Notes under the pieces: model-generated
Seen by the model: only the letters and a program-made list of their open reading frames with translations
Told to the model about the DNA's origin: nothing
Database searches by the model: none
DNA from: Fimbriimonadaceae bacterium
Lineage (GTDB): Bacteria; Armatimonadota; Fimbriimonadia; Fimbriimonadales; Fimbriimonadaceae
Direction of reading: 5' to 3'
DNA length: 37,675 bases
NCBI GenBank assembly: GCA_035545155.1
Contig: DASZYX010000022.1
Location: 1 to 37,675 of the forward strand
Shown: one piece after another, positions 25,483 to 34,824 of the stretch
Numbering within the stretch: position 1 is the first letter of the stretch
Layout: each line of letters begins with the position of its first letter
Translations under genes and position numbers: made by a program

Positions 25483-28098
25483 ATGTCCGTCGCCCTCAAG
25501 GCCTTCCTCTTTACCGACATCGAGGGAAGCACGCGGAAGTGGAGCCAGTACGGCGAAGCGATGCAAGGCATCGTCGAAAGGCACGACCGCCTGCTGACCG
25601 ATGCCGTCCGGAAGCATGGCGGGCACGTCTTCAAGACGACCGGCGACGGAATATGCGCCTGCTTCGCCGGAGGGCTGCGGGCTCTGGCGGCCGCCGTAGA
25701 AATGGCGCAAGAGATTCGGAGGGAAAACTGGCGTCCATGCGATTCCTTCGCGATCCGGATCGCGATTCACGCCGGGGAGGCCTTCGAGCGCGACGGCGAC
25801 TATTTCGGCCCGACCCTGAACAAGGTGGCCCGGCTCATGGCGATTGCCCACGGCGGCCAAATTATCGCGTCCGGGGCGGTGATCGACGCCCTCGCCGGCA
25901 GCATGCCGGAATCCGTCAAGGCGCGCAGCCTGGGCGAGCACCGGCTGAAGGATCTCGATCGGGCGGAGCATATCTACCAGTTGATACACCCGGCGCTGCC
26001 GCAAGATTTTCCGCCACTCAAGTCCCTGTCGGTCCTCAAGAATAATCTGCCGGTTCAGCTCACGAGCTTTGTGGGCAGAAAGCGGGAACTGGACGAGGTC
26101 GTCGATCTGATTTCCGGCAATCGCCTGGTGAGCCTGACCGGATCGGGTGGAACAGGGAAGACCAGGCTCGCCCTTCATGCCGCGGGCGAGGTCGTGGGCC
26201 AGTTCGAGGGCGGCGTGTTCCTGGTCGAGTTGGCCCCTCTTGCCGATCCCCAACAGGTCTGTGGCGCCATTCAGGAAGTCCTGCGTATCAACGACGACGA
26301 GAGGCGGTCGGGGGTCGACGCCTTGGTGGAGGCGATTGGAAACGATCGTCTCCTTCTGATTCTCGATAATTGCGAGCACGTCCTCGAAGCCGTTTCCGAG
26401 TTGACGCACAAGCTCCTCATCCGAACGGGGTGCGCCGCGATCCTGGCGACAAGCCGGGAAGGGCTCGGCGTGCCCGGTGAGCGCGTCTACCGCGTCCCTT
26501 CGCTCGATGTCCCGGACGAAGCGACCGCTAACCCGGATAGCGTCTGGAGCTGCGAGGCAAGCCGGTTGTTCCTGGAGCGGGCGTCTCAAACCGGCCAGGA
26601 GATTTCTCTGGACGACGAGTCGGCGCGCAATCTGGCCCGGTTGTGCCGGCGTCTGGATGGGATTCCTCTTGCGATCGAGCTGGCGGCTGCCAGAACCCGG
26701 TCGATGTCCATCGACAAGGTCGTGGAGAGGCTTGACGACCGGTTCCGTCTATTGACAGGCGGCAGCAAGGCCGTGCTCCCTCGCCAGCAAACCCTGCGCG
26801 CCCTGATTGATTGGAGTTACGATCTTCTCCGCGACGAGGAGAAAACCTTGCTTCGCAGACTGGCCGTCTTCTCGGGCGGGTGGACTCTCGAAGCGGCGGA
26901 GGCCGTCTGCGCGAACAGGAATATCGACGCGCTCGACGTCCTCGATCTGCTCGACCGGCTCATCGACAAATCTCTGGTGGTCTTCGACCCGGCCGCGGAT
27001 CGCTACCGATTCCTGGAAACCGTTCGGCAGTACGCCGCCGATAGGCTGCTCGAATCCGGTGAGGGAATCGCCCGGCGCGACCGGCACTTGAGCTTTTTCG
27101 TGGCCTGGACGGACGAGTGGCGGTTGAAGGAGCGCGAATTCACACAGCCGGCGTGGCTGCGGCTCTTCCACGCGGACTGGGAAAACGTTCGGGCCGCGCT
27201 CGAATGGTCCCTTGGCTCGGCCGACTTGGTCGAAAACGGAGCGCTCCTGGCCACGCGCTCCTTCCGGTTCTGGAACGACCTGCGCCGCATCCGGGACGCC
27301 TCTTATTGGATCGGCCGCTTTCTCGCCGACCCGAGCCTTCCCAATCCTTCGGAAACCAGGATGCTCCTGACGCAATACCTTGCCGTCATGCAGGCATTCG
27401 GCAACGACACGGATGCAAGCGCCCAGAGCCTGCAAGCGGCGATCGCCATGGCCGAGGCGCTCCAGGACGCGCAGCTGCGCGGCCAGATGCTCGCCGGAGC
27501 CTGCTGGATCAGTTTCCGGTCGGGCCGTTATGAGGACGCCCTCGGCTATGCGGCGGAGATTCTGGATGATCTGGCTTCGCCGGATCTCGCAAAAGGCTAC
27601 GCTTACACCAACCGGGCGAACTCGATGTTTATGCTTGGCCGGCTGGAGGAAGCCAGGACGGCGATGGAGCAGGGGCTCGCGGTTCGAGCGTCCGCCGGCG
27701 ATACTCGCGGAGTGGGCGGAGCCCATACCAATCTGGGCATGATCGCCTTTCGCCAGGGCCGGCTGGCGGAGGCAAAGCAGCATTACCTCCGCGCCCTCGA
27801 AGTCTTCGAGGCCCTGGACTCGGACGCTCAGCTCTCCATCGTCGGGCCTGGAATCCTCAACGTTTTGCTGAACGAAGCGGACCCGGCGTGCCTCGCCCGG
27901 CTCTACGGCTCGTCCCTCGAGGCGATGAACCGGTTGCAGAACTTCGGCGACCAGGTCGATTCCTGGGGGCAGGAGATTACCCTGGCGACGCTTCGAGAAC
28001 GGTTGGGCCAGGATTTCGAGCGGCAGCGCGAGCTCGGTGCGAAGATACCACTCCGGCAGGCAATCGGCGCGGTGAAGGGCCACCTGACCGTCGGCTAG
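25483..28098 (+). CDS. Multidomain protein with a class III adenylate/guanylate cyclase (CHD) domain, a STAND/AAA+ NTPase and a C-terminal TPR array. No DNA-binding domain is detected.
   Basis: Cyclase motifs 'FLFTDIEGST', 'FKTTGDGICACF', 'RIAIHAGEA' and 'GPTLNKVARL' are present. The P-loop is 'LTGSGGTGKTRLA' and the Walker B is 'LLILDNCEHV'. The C-terminal ~350 aa are helical repeats rich in A/L/E/G with 'LGxxYxxxG'-like TPR spacing. Confidence 0.85.
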   Translation: MSVALKAFLFTDIEGSTRKWSQYGEAMQGIVERHDRLLTDAVRKHGGHVFKTTGDGICACFAGGLRALAAAVEMAQEIRRENWRPCDSFAIRIAIHAGEAFERDGDYFGPTLNKVARLMAIAHGGQIIASGAVIDALAGSMPESVKARSLGEHRLKDLDRAEHIYQLIHPALPQDFPPLKSLSVLKNNLPVQLTSFVGRKRELDEVVDLISGNRLVSLTGSGGTGKTRLALHAAGEVVGQFEGGVFLVELAPLADPQQVCGAIQEVLRINDDERRSGVDALVEAIGNDRLLLILDNCEHVLEAVSELTHKLLIRTGCAAILATSREGLGVPGERVYRVPSLDVPDEATANPDSVWSCEASRLFLERASQTGQEISLDDESARNLARLCRRLDGIPLAIELAAARTRSMSIDKVVERLDDRFRLLTGGSKAVLPRQQTLRALIDWSYDLLRDEEKTLLRRLAVFSGGWTLEAAEAVCANRNIDALDVLDLLDRLIDKSLVVFDPAADRYRFLETVRQYAADRLLESGEGIARRDRHLSFFVAWTDEWRLKEREFTQPAWLRLFHADWENVRAALEWSLGSADLVENGALLATRSFRFWNDLRRIRDASYWIGRFLADPSLPNPSETRMLLTQYLAVMQAFGNDTDASAQSLQAAIAMAEALQDAQLRGQMLAGACWISFRSGRYEDALGYAAEILDDLASPDLAKGYAYTNRANSMFMLGRLEEARTAMEQGLAVRASAGDTRGVGGAHTNLGMIAFRQGRLAEAKQHYLRALEVFEALDSDAQLSIVGPGILNVLLNEADPACLARLYGSSLEAMNRLQNFGDQVDSWGQEITLATLRERLGQDFERQRELGAKIPLRQAIGAVKGHLTVG

Positions 28099-28100
28099 AG

Positions 28101-28712
28101 CTAGAGAATCTTGCGAAAGAGTTTCAGCTCGAAGGGCAGGTTTGCCGGGAGAGAGCTGCGGAAGCTCTCCTCTGAGGACCAGACGGCGATGCCGAGCACG
28201 CGGTCGGGCAGGGTTGGGTGAGAGCCCTGCACATGGCCGAGGTAGCCGGGGATGACGGTCAGGCTGCCGAACGTATTTTCGAGCTCGCGCTGAAGGTCGT
28301 CGCCGAAGCCGGGAGCCGCGACGCGGCGACTCAGGGAAAGGAAGGAGCCGAGAGGAGCGTCGCTCGGACGGACGCCGTTGCGCGACTGGAGGTCGAACAC
28401 GACGATGTCGGCCGGCTCGGCGGACAGCTTCGCCTCGTCGATCGCGAGCTTGTCTTTGGAGAAGCGGCGAAGAGCCTCGTCGCCGCGCCGGTCTTCCCGG
28501 AACTCGACGAGGATCATGACCTCGTCGTCTCGCAGGCAGGACTGCCAGGCGCTGGAGCCGTAATAGCCGTCGAGGCGGCCCAGCTTTTTCTTCAGCTTCC
28601 CGATGTATTCCGAGATGAGCGCGAGGCGCTCGCTTGGCGAATCGTTCCGGACAACCAACATATGCGCGCTCATGTCTATTTCTGCGATCAGGAGCAGCAA
28701 GGATTGCGCCAT
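28101..28712 (-). CDS. Hypothetical protein, possibly a tandem ABM (antibiotic biosynthesis monooxygenase-like) fold
   Basis: It is convergent with the cyclase gene with a 2 bp gap. 'VIPGYLGHVQ...LGIAVWSSEESF' is weakly ABM-like. This call is weak. Confidence 0.4.
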   Translation of the reverse strand: MAQSLLLLIAEIDMSAHMLVVRNDSPSERLALISEYIGKLKKKLGRLDGYYGSSAWQSCLRDDEVMILVEFREDRRGDEALRRFSKDKLAIDEAKLSAEPADIVVFDLQSRNGVRPSDAPLGSFLSLSRRVAAPGFGDDLQRELENTFGSLTVIPGYLGHVQGSHPTLPDRVLGIAVWSSEESFRSSLPANLPFELKLFRKIL

Positions 28713-28826
28713 TTGAGCATTTGGTCCCTCGAAAAAGCCGGTAGAAGCGCGAGCCCGCGAATCGGTTCACGATGGAATGCCATAGGCAACGGGAGAGTCC
28801 CGGTCCGAGGGAGGACATATAAGGAT

Positions 28827-29186
28827 ATGAAGCGAAACAGCAAGAGCGGGGCCTTTACGCTCGTCGAGATCATGATCGTGGTGCTCATCATCGGCGTGCT
28901 CATGGCCATCGCGGTTCCGAACTTCATCAAGGCCCGCGAGACGAGCCGCCGAAATTCATGCATCGCGAATTTGAAGCAGATCGACAGCGCCAAGGAGCAG
29001 TGGGCGATGGAGAACCATGCGGCCTCCGGCGCCACCGTCCAGATGAGCGATCTCGCCGGCATTTACATGAAGGGACCCTCGACCGGCCCGGTGTGCCCCG
29101 GCGGCGGCGTCTACACGGTGAACGTGATCGGCACCAACCCGGCATGCAGCCTCGCGGCCGCGCCGGATTCGCACTTCCTGCCGTAA
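28827..29186 (+). CDS. Prepilin-type N-terminal cleavage/methylation domain protein (pseudopilin/T2SS GspG-like), 119 aa
   Basis: 'SGAFTLVEIMIVVLIIGVLMAIAVPNF' is the canonical class III signal with Glu+5. An AAGGA RBS precedes the gene. Confidence 0.8.
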   Translation: MKRNSKSGAFTLVEIMIVVLIIGVLMAIAVPNFIKARETSRRNSCIANLKQIDSAKEQWAMENHAASGATVQMSDLAGIYMKGPSTGPVCPGGGVYTVNVIGTNPACSLAAAPDSHFLP

Positions 29187-29271
29187 GGTCGATTTTCTGC
29201 GTAAGGGGAAGCGCGGAGCCATTTTGCTGGCTCCGCGCTTTGAACTGCGCGACTTGTCGCGCTGCCTATTC

Positions 29272-29366
29272 CGATCTGCGTTCAACGCGGAGAAACGGAG
29301 AATCGGAGAAGTCTACGAGGAGACTCCGTTCCTCCGATTCTCCGTGTTGGAAGTTCCGGAATTACT
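29272..29366. repeat. Single copy, in inverted orientation, of the ~100 bp palindromic element seen at 23447-23673. It overlaps the flotillin stop codon.
   Basis: 'caacgcggagaaacggagaatcggaga...ctccgttcctccgattctccgtgttggaagttccggaatt' is present. The core 'ccaacacggagaatcggagga' is shared in reverse complement with the 23.5 kb copies. Confidence 0.8.
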
Positions 29367-31527
29367 CGGCTGCCTGAACCACCTTCGGCTTTCGTCCGTC
29401 GCCTTCCGGCTCGCCCTGGCCGAGACCGGCCATGATCTTCTTCAAGAAGGCCTTGGCCTCCGGCCCCATGTCGTCCTCTTTGCCTTCGTCCTTCACGTCG
29501 GTGAGGCCGAGCTTGTCGGTGAGGAGCAGGGTCAGCATGTGGGTGAGCATGTTGCCTTCCCCATCGCCGTTCCCATTGCCCCCGCCCATCGTGACCACGC
29601 TGTGGGGCACGAGCGGATGCTTCGTATCCTTGAGCGCGTCCGCAACCTGGCCGATCATCTTCTGCTTCACCATCAGGCTGGACGAGCCATAGGCCTTGCG
29701 GACCTCGCGGATACCGAGAGCCTCGGCGATCTGGACGCGGGCTTTGCTTTCCGCTTCCGCGTTCGCCATCAGCACGATCCGCTCCGAATCCGCCTTCGCG
29801 CGCAGAACCGTCTGCCGCGAATCGGCTTCCGCTCGCATAACGGTCTGCTTGGCTTCCGCTTCGGCGATCGTGATGTTGCGCTGAGCGTCCTTCTGGGCGC
29901 GCTGCGCGGCAGCGTCGGCCTGGTTGACCTCGATCTCGATTTGGACCTTCGAGTCGGTGAGGTCGGTCTGGCGGCTCGCCGTGGCCTTCGCTTCGTTGAG
30001 GGCCCGGAGCCCGGCTTGCGCCTCTTCCTGCCTTTTATAGGTCTCGGTCTGCTCGACCGCGACCTGCCGCTCGCGGAGCTGGTTCAGGATCGTCTCGATC
30101 TGAGTATCGCCCTTCGCCGAGTGCGGGGTCCCGATCAGCACCTCTTGGAGGCCAAGATCATATTCGGCGAAGCGATCCTTCATGTCTTTGGTCGCAACGG
30201 CCTGGATGTCGCTCCGGTCGTGGATCAGCTCGATGAGGGTGCGCTGCTGGCCCTGGTTCTTGAAGTAGCTGGAGACGAGCGGGTCGAGGCTTTGCTCGAT
30301 CAGATTCTTCACGCTGCCGAAGCGCTGGATGACGTTCGGCGCCTTCTGATAGTCGATGTTGATGACGACGGACAGGGGCAACTCCGGCTCGAAGGCGTCC
30401 TTGGTGATCAGGCCGATCTCTCGGAGGCTCGCGTCGAGCTTGTGCTCGCCGGTGTCCTGGGCGATCCACTTCAGGATGATGTTGATCGTCGGCACCATAA
30501 TGACTTCGCCCGCGTACGGGTTGAAGGCGTACTTTCCGGGGAGCAGGGCCTCGTCCCAGATGCCACGCCCGCCTTTCTTGCACAGTTCGCCATGGCGGAA
30601 GGCCTCGCCGGACACGTCCGCGCCACGCTCGCCGTAATAGGACACGACGACGCCGACCTGGCCGACCTCGACGTGCGTCTTGGGCCGGAATTCGACGGTG
30701 GCGAACAGACGGTTGATCCAGTAGGTGCCTTCGGAAAGGACCTGATACTGGCGTCCCCGGAAGCCGCCCGCACTCAGGAAGGCCTGCGGGTCCTGGAAGT
30801 TGTTGTGGTAGTGCTCGTCGGTCTTGCTGTCGCCGACGGTCGGGGCGATGATATCGCCTTGCCGCAGCGAAGGGCCGTCATGCACGGTCACGATGCCGAT
30901 CTGATCCTTCGAGCCGTCGATCACGACGGGCGAGAAGCCCTCTTCGTGGCCGATCTGCTCGGCGATCCGCTGAATGGTCGCCGTCTCGTCCCGCCCGCCG
31001 ATCGGGTGATAGTAGATCTCCCTCGGCCCGGCGATGACGATGAACTGCGCGAGGTTGATCGCGTAGGTTCCTTCGCGAAGGATCGCGCGCTGCGGCCCCT
31101 GCTGGCCGCCCGCCTTCAGCCAGGCGCGGCAATCGGTGAAGTCGCCATTGTTGACGACGCGGCCGAGCGTCTGGCCGGATTCGACGACGCTCTGCCCGTC
31201 CTGCGTGTAGCGGCCGAGCGGCTGCCCGTCTCTGGCGAAGATGTAGCCGATCTGGCCTCGGTGGATCGTGACGAGGGGGACGCGGTGGATTCGGAACCGG
31301 TATCCCGGCTTGAAGTGAAGGCCGCCGCGCAGCACTTCCGGCTGGAAGCCGGCCTCGCCATTCAGGGCGATGATCTGGCTGTTGAGGTGGCCGCCGCCCC
31401 AAATCTTCTCGACGATGCCGACTTCGGTGTTGCCGATGAAGCGGGGTCCGAACAGGAACTTAAGGATGAAGACTGCGGCGAGCAGTCCGGCGAGCGAAAT
31501 CAAAACGGGTTGCGCCCAAGTGGGCAT
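29362..31527 (-). CDS. Flotillin/SPFH (band 7) family protein, YqiK-like, with a duplicated N-terminal region and an acidic/Gly-rich C-terminal tail
   Basis: There is an N-terminal TM helix. SPFH-type segments are present. The flotillin-type Ala/Glu repeat 'AEAEAKQTVMRAEADSRQTVLRAKADSERIVLMANAEAESKARV' is present. The start is the ATG at 31527 with an AGAGGAG RBS. Confidence 0.85.
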   Translation of the reverse strand: MPTWAQPVLISLAGLLAAVFILKFLFGPRFIGNTEVGIVEKIWGGGHLNSQIIALNGEAGFQPEVLRGGLHFKPGYRFRIHRVPLVTIHRGQIGYIFARDGQPLGRYTQDGQSVVESGQTLGRVVNNGDFTDCRAWLKAGGQQGPQRAILREGTYAINLAQFIVIAGPREIYYHPIGGRDETATIQRIAEQIGHEEGFSPVVIDGSKDQIGIVTVHDGPSLRQGDIIAPTVGDSKTDEHYHNNFQDPQAFLSAGGFRGRQYQVLSEGTYWINRLFATVEFRPKTHVEVGQVGVVVSYYGERGADVSGEAFRHGELCKKGGRGIWDEALLPGKYAFNPYAGEVIMVPTINIILKWIAQDTGEHKLDASLREIGLITKDAFEPELPLSVVINIDYQKAPNVIQRFGSVKNLIEQSLDPLVSSYFKNQGQQRTLIELIHDRSDIQAVATKDMKDRFAEYDLGLQEVLIGTPHSAKGDTQIETILNQLRERQVAVEQTETYKRQEEAQAGLRALNEAKATASRQTDLTDSKVQIEIEVNQADAAAQRAQKDAQRNITIAEAEAKQTVMRAEADSRQTVLRAKADSERIVLMANAEAESKARVQIAEALGIREVRKAYGSSSLMVKQKMIGQVADALKDTKHPLVPHSVVTMGGGNGNGDGEGNMLTHMLTLLLTDKLGLTDVKDEGKEDDMGPEAKAFLKKIMAGLGQGEPEGDGRKPKVVQAAE

Positions 31528-31739
31528 CTTTTTCTCCTCTATTCGTTGCTCGGCCGGCACGGCCGGCTGCACGGTGCAGCCGGCTTCCGGACGAGCCTGG
31601 AACGGTACGGCGTTGGGGAGCGAACCGGAGATCGCCGCCCCTCCGTCGCGGAGGCGCTCATCCTATCAGACAACCCGAACGAGTAATCGTCCGATGAAAG
31701 AACGTGGCGCCTTGGCGGAGGGTTGCAGGTTAACAGGGA

Positions 31740-32019
31740 ACGACCTATAGGACGCATCGGGGGCTCCCTTTTAAGGCACAGCCGCTACATCGCTTGCACG
31801 CCCGATTGAGCAAATGCATCCGCTGTCGTTCTCGATGGTAAGAAAAGCGGTCCGGCATTGGCCTTGCATCAAGCCAAAGCAGGGAAGGATGACATTATTG
31901 AGCGGTCTTCTCGATCATATGATGTACAATAATCACATATTTCAATCGCCAGGTGGCCGGGCAGGCGAGCAAATGACATGTCTTTTGGCATGCAATGAAA
32001 AGGAAATAAGGGTGAGACT
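31740..32019. promoter_or_regulatory. Unusually AT-rich (about 48% GC) intergenic region between the divergent flotillin and 934-aa genes. It contains a perfect 10-bp palindrome 'atcatatgat', TACAAT/TTGCAT-like promoter hexamers and an AAGGGTGAG RBS before the 32020 ATG.
   Basis: '...ttgcatcaagcc...gatcatatgatgtacaataatcacatatttcaat...' was read directly. GC is low relative to the flanking regions. Confidence 0.4.
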
Positions 32020-34824
32020 ATGGCACTTTGGATATTTGGACTGCTGTGCATGATCGTCTGGTTCATTGCCGGACTCTTTCTACTCATCTGTGAAGAGGCG
32101 CGGAAGAAGGACTCGGAAAGCCCGTCTCTGAACGCCAAGGCAGGAGCGTCGCGATTTATTCGCAATCTTTCGCGAGTGCTTACGGTGGCAAGCGTTGCCT
32201 GCTTCATGATCATCTGGCTTTCGGGAATCGGACTGATACCGGGCGAGGTCGTCATCGGCATCTTTCGCGCCCTTAGCTGGACTCGGCGTGAAGTCGGAAG
32301 CGTCAGTGGCTGGGTGAGTTTTGGCTATCTCGTCGCACTCACCGGGAGCCTGATCGCATTTGCCGCGAGCGAGGGCGCTCGCGGGCGTTTTCTGGGCAGC
32401 AAGGGCGTGCTGAATACGATGTCTGGCGTCTCGAAGAAGCTCAGCACCTTGGGAACCGCTTTACTGGTTCCTTCCCTAATCGGCATTTTGACGGCGGCAA
32501 GCTTCCAGCAGGCGCTGGCCAACCCGGCCGTCGAGGCAATGGTCTCTTTGAGCGAGAAACGTTTCGAGCAGGACTTGACCAGCCTCGGCGAGCCCCGGAC
32601 GCAATTGTCCGAAAGCGAAAGGAACGACATTCATACCGTCGCCGCCCATATCCACCTGCAGATCGAGCGCGAAGAAGGATGGCGAGTACCGAACCACGAC
32701 TTCGTCGCCGAGTATCGCGCACGGGCTAACGAGGCACGGAGGAGAATTCTGGCCGACGCCGTCGTGCCGGGTGAGACCCGGTTCGTCAGCCCCCCCGAAG
32801 ACAAGACCGACTTCGACCGGTTGGTGGCGATGAGCGACGGAGACGACCCGGAAGATGGCCCGAAGCCACCACCAGGCGGTGGCGAGCCAGGCCCTGATAG
32901 TCCCGGTGGACCCGCGAAGCCCTCGCCTAACATGGGAGGAGGCTCGGACGGAGCGGCCGATCCCATCGAGGAGGCACTCGAACGCAAGGCATGCTCGGAC
33001 ACCGACTTTCGCGGGCGGTTGGCCAAGATGGGAGCAGATGCCCGGGCCGAGCTATCTACCGCCACCTCGATCGACGGGCGGATCACGAGCCTTCTCTCGG
33101 AGATCGTCGAAAACCGGCTCGCCTCACTGATAGGGGAAACGCCGGCGGGGATACTCTCGGGACTTGGCGAGAGCATGGGCCTGTGGGAAAGGGTGGAGCA
33201 ACTCGTTGAAAAAGACCGGGAGGCCTCGATACGCTGGTACAAGCGTCAGAAGGCGAAAGCCGATATCGCAGCGTCTGCCATCGCGGAAGGAAAGTCTATC
33301 GACGAATCGATTGCCTTGGCCAAGGGAGGCATTATCGCCGATACGGCGACGGTCACGAACATAGAGGAAATGGACGGGATCGTATCCGACGCGATCGCCG
33401 AGGCCAATCAGCTCCGTCCGAACGAGAAGATGGGCCGCCCAGGCATCGAGCCAGTCGTTCCAATCGACCCTGCGAAGGGGTCGGGGACGTATCGCTACAC
33501 CGAAATGTTTCCATCGAGCGAGGAAGCCCTCCACGATACTCCGGAGTATCGGGAGCTCCAAGGGCAGGCATCGGAAGAGAACCTTCATAGCGAGATCGGC
33601 GACCTTGTCCAGGCTGCCGGAAACTTCCTTTCTCTCATGGGGTCGTCGGAAGTCGGCGGCGTTCTGATCGGGCGCTTGCCCGAGGGCGCCGACAACCTCG
33701 ACGTCGGCGGGTTCAAATGGGAAGAAGATCCCCAGCAGCCCTCCCGAATCCGGCTCGGTCTGGTCGACACTCAGGGCCAAGTCCATTGGTCAACCTACCA
33801 TCCGAAGGAGCTCGTTTATCGGGCTCTGGAGTATGCGGCGGACGGAAGACCCGTGGCTTTCACAAAGCCGCTTGTCGATAGGAACTATCGGATCGATCTT
33901 CCGCATCCGGCGCTCGCGGGATCGCCGCTGGCACGCGATCTCGACCGCTTGGACGTCTTCACCGACGAGTTCACCGCTCGCTCGCCTTTCCGTACAAGCG
34001 CCGAGGACTTCGTCGCGATCGAAGGCTGGCTTTTGCGAGCAGCTTCCCTGAGCAAGGTAACCTCCGACGCCGAGTTCGAAGAGGTGCTGGGCAAGCTGGA
34101 AGATTATGTTCAGGCAGTGCCGGAGGAATGGCTGCAGCCCATGCGAGACCTGATGCAAAATCCCGGCATCGTGGAGAGCGATCAGCGGTCTTTCCTGTTT
34201 GGGAAGGGCAAGGCGGGCGACGCCGTAAACCTTTACGGCGCCGACTTGGTCGGCAATATCGAGGACAATGCCGTGCCGATGCCGGAAAACGCCGGTCGTC
34301 GCGAATTGGCGAAGGCACTACGATCCCTCCTCACCAAGATCCACCAGGTGTACGCCACGGAGAGACAGGCTGCTATGCAGTTGGTTCCTCCGGGCACGGA
34401 CCTACAGGACATCCCAAAACGGATCAAGTCCTGGGTTCTCGGCGCGGGAATCCTCGCCCGGCCTGAGAGCGGAGTCCGCGAGATTCCTTTCAGCGTGAGT
34501 TACGACAGCCTGCTCATGACGGATAACGAACCCCCGATGGATTTGCGGTTCATGCTGAACGTCGTCTTCGACGGCCAGCCCAATAACCCCAATCCCTTCG
34601 AGTTCCCGCTCATCAAGGATCAACTCGACTCGGCTGTCAGGCAGTCCGTCGCCAGCAACGACGAGACGTTCGGCGGTAAGAAGGATAGTGACGTGTTCCG
34701 GGAGGCTAGGGAGTTTACAATCCTGCAACGGCTCTTCCGAACGGCACTGGCCGGGAGGTTGGGTTACGACTTCCCGGTCGAGCAACTGCCGGTCCTCGCT
34801 CGCCAGCTAAGTAAGCCTAGCTGA
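32020..34824 (+). CDS. Large (934 aa) membrane-anchored hypothetical protein. It has about four N-terminal TM helices, a Pro/Gly-rich linker ('GPKPPPGGGEPGPDSPGGPAKPSP') and a soluble region of about 650 aa with no motif I recognise.
   Basis: The ORF is long and uninterrupted with a good RBS. The hydrophobic N-terminus is 'MALWIFGLLCMIVWFIAGLFLLI...'. I see no Walker, HxxEH, HExxH, DxD, Cys-cluster or other familiar signature. Confidence 0.6.
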   Translation: MALWIFGLLCMIVWFIAGLFLLICEEARKKDSESPSLNAKAGASRFIRNLSRVLTVASVACFMIIWLSGIGLIPGEVVIGIFRALSWTRREVGSVSGWVSFGYLVALTGSLIAFAASEGARGRFLGSKGVLNTMSGVSKKLSTLGTALLVPSLIGILTAASFQQALANPAVEAMVSLSEKRFEQDLTSLGEPRTQLSESERNDIHTVAAHIHLQIEREEGWRVPNHDFVAEYRARANEARRRILADAVVPGETRFVSPPEDKTDFDRLVAMSDGDDPEDGPKPPPGGGEPGPDSPGGPAKPSPNMGGGSDGAADPIEEALERKACSDTDFRGRLAKMGADARAELSTATSIDGRITSLLSEIVENRLASLIGETPAGILSGLGESMGLWERVEQLVEKDREASIRWYKRQKAKADIAASAIAEGKSIDESIALAKGGIIADTATVTNIEEMDGIVSDAIAEANQLRPNEKMGRPGIEPVVPIDPAKGSGTYRYTEMFPSSEEALHDTPEYRELQGQASEENLHSEIGDLVQAAGNFLSLMGSSEVGGVLIGRLPEGADNLDVGGFKWEEDPQQPSRIRLGLVDTQGQVHWSTYHPKELVYRALEYAADGRPVAFTKPLVDRNYRIDLPHPALAGSPLARDLDRLDVFTDEFTARSPFRTSAEDFVAIEGWLLRAASLSKVTSDAEFEEVLGKLEDYVQAVPEEWLQPMRDLMQNPGIVESDQRSFLFGKGKAGDAVNLYGADLVGNIEDNAVPMPENAGRRELAKALRSLLTKIHQVYATERQAAMQLVPPGTDLQDIPKRIKSWVLGAGILARPESGVREIPFSVSYDSLLMTDNEPPMDLRFMLNVVFDGQPNNPNPFEFPLIKDQLDSAVRQSVASNDETFGGKKDSDVFREAREFTILQRLFRTALAGRLGYDFPVEQLPVLARQLSKPS

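Noticed and set aside
31814-32053. 79-aa ORF in the AT-rich region overlapping the start of the 934-aa gene
   Set aside because: It has no RBS and overlaps the better-supported ATG at 32020. It is most likely a chance ORF in AT-rich DNA.
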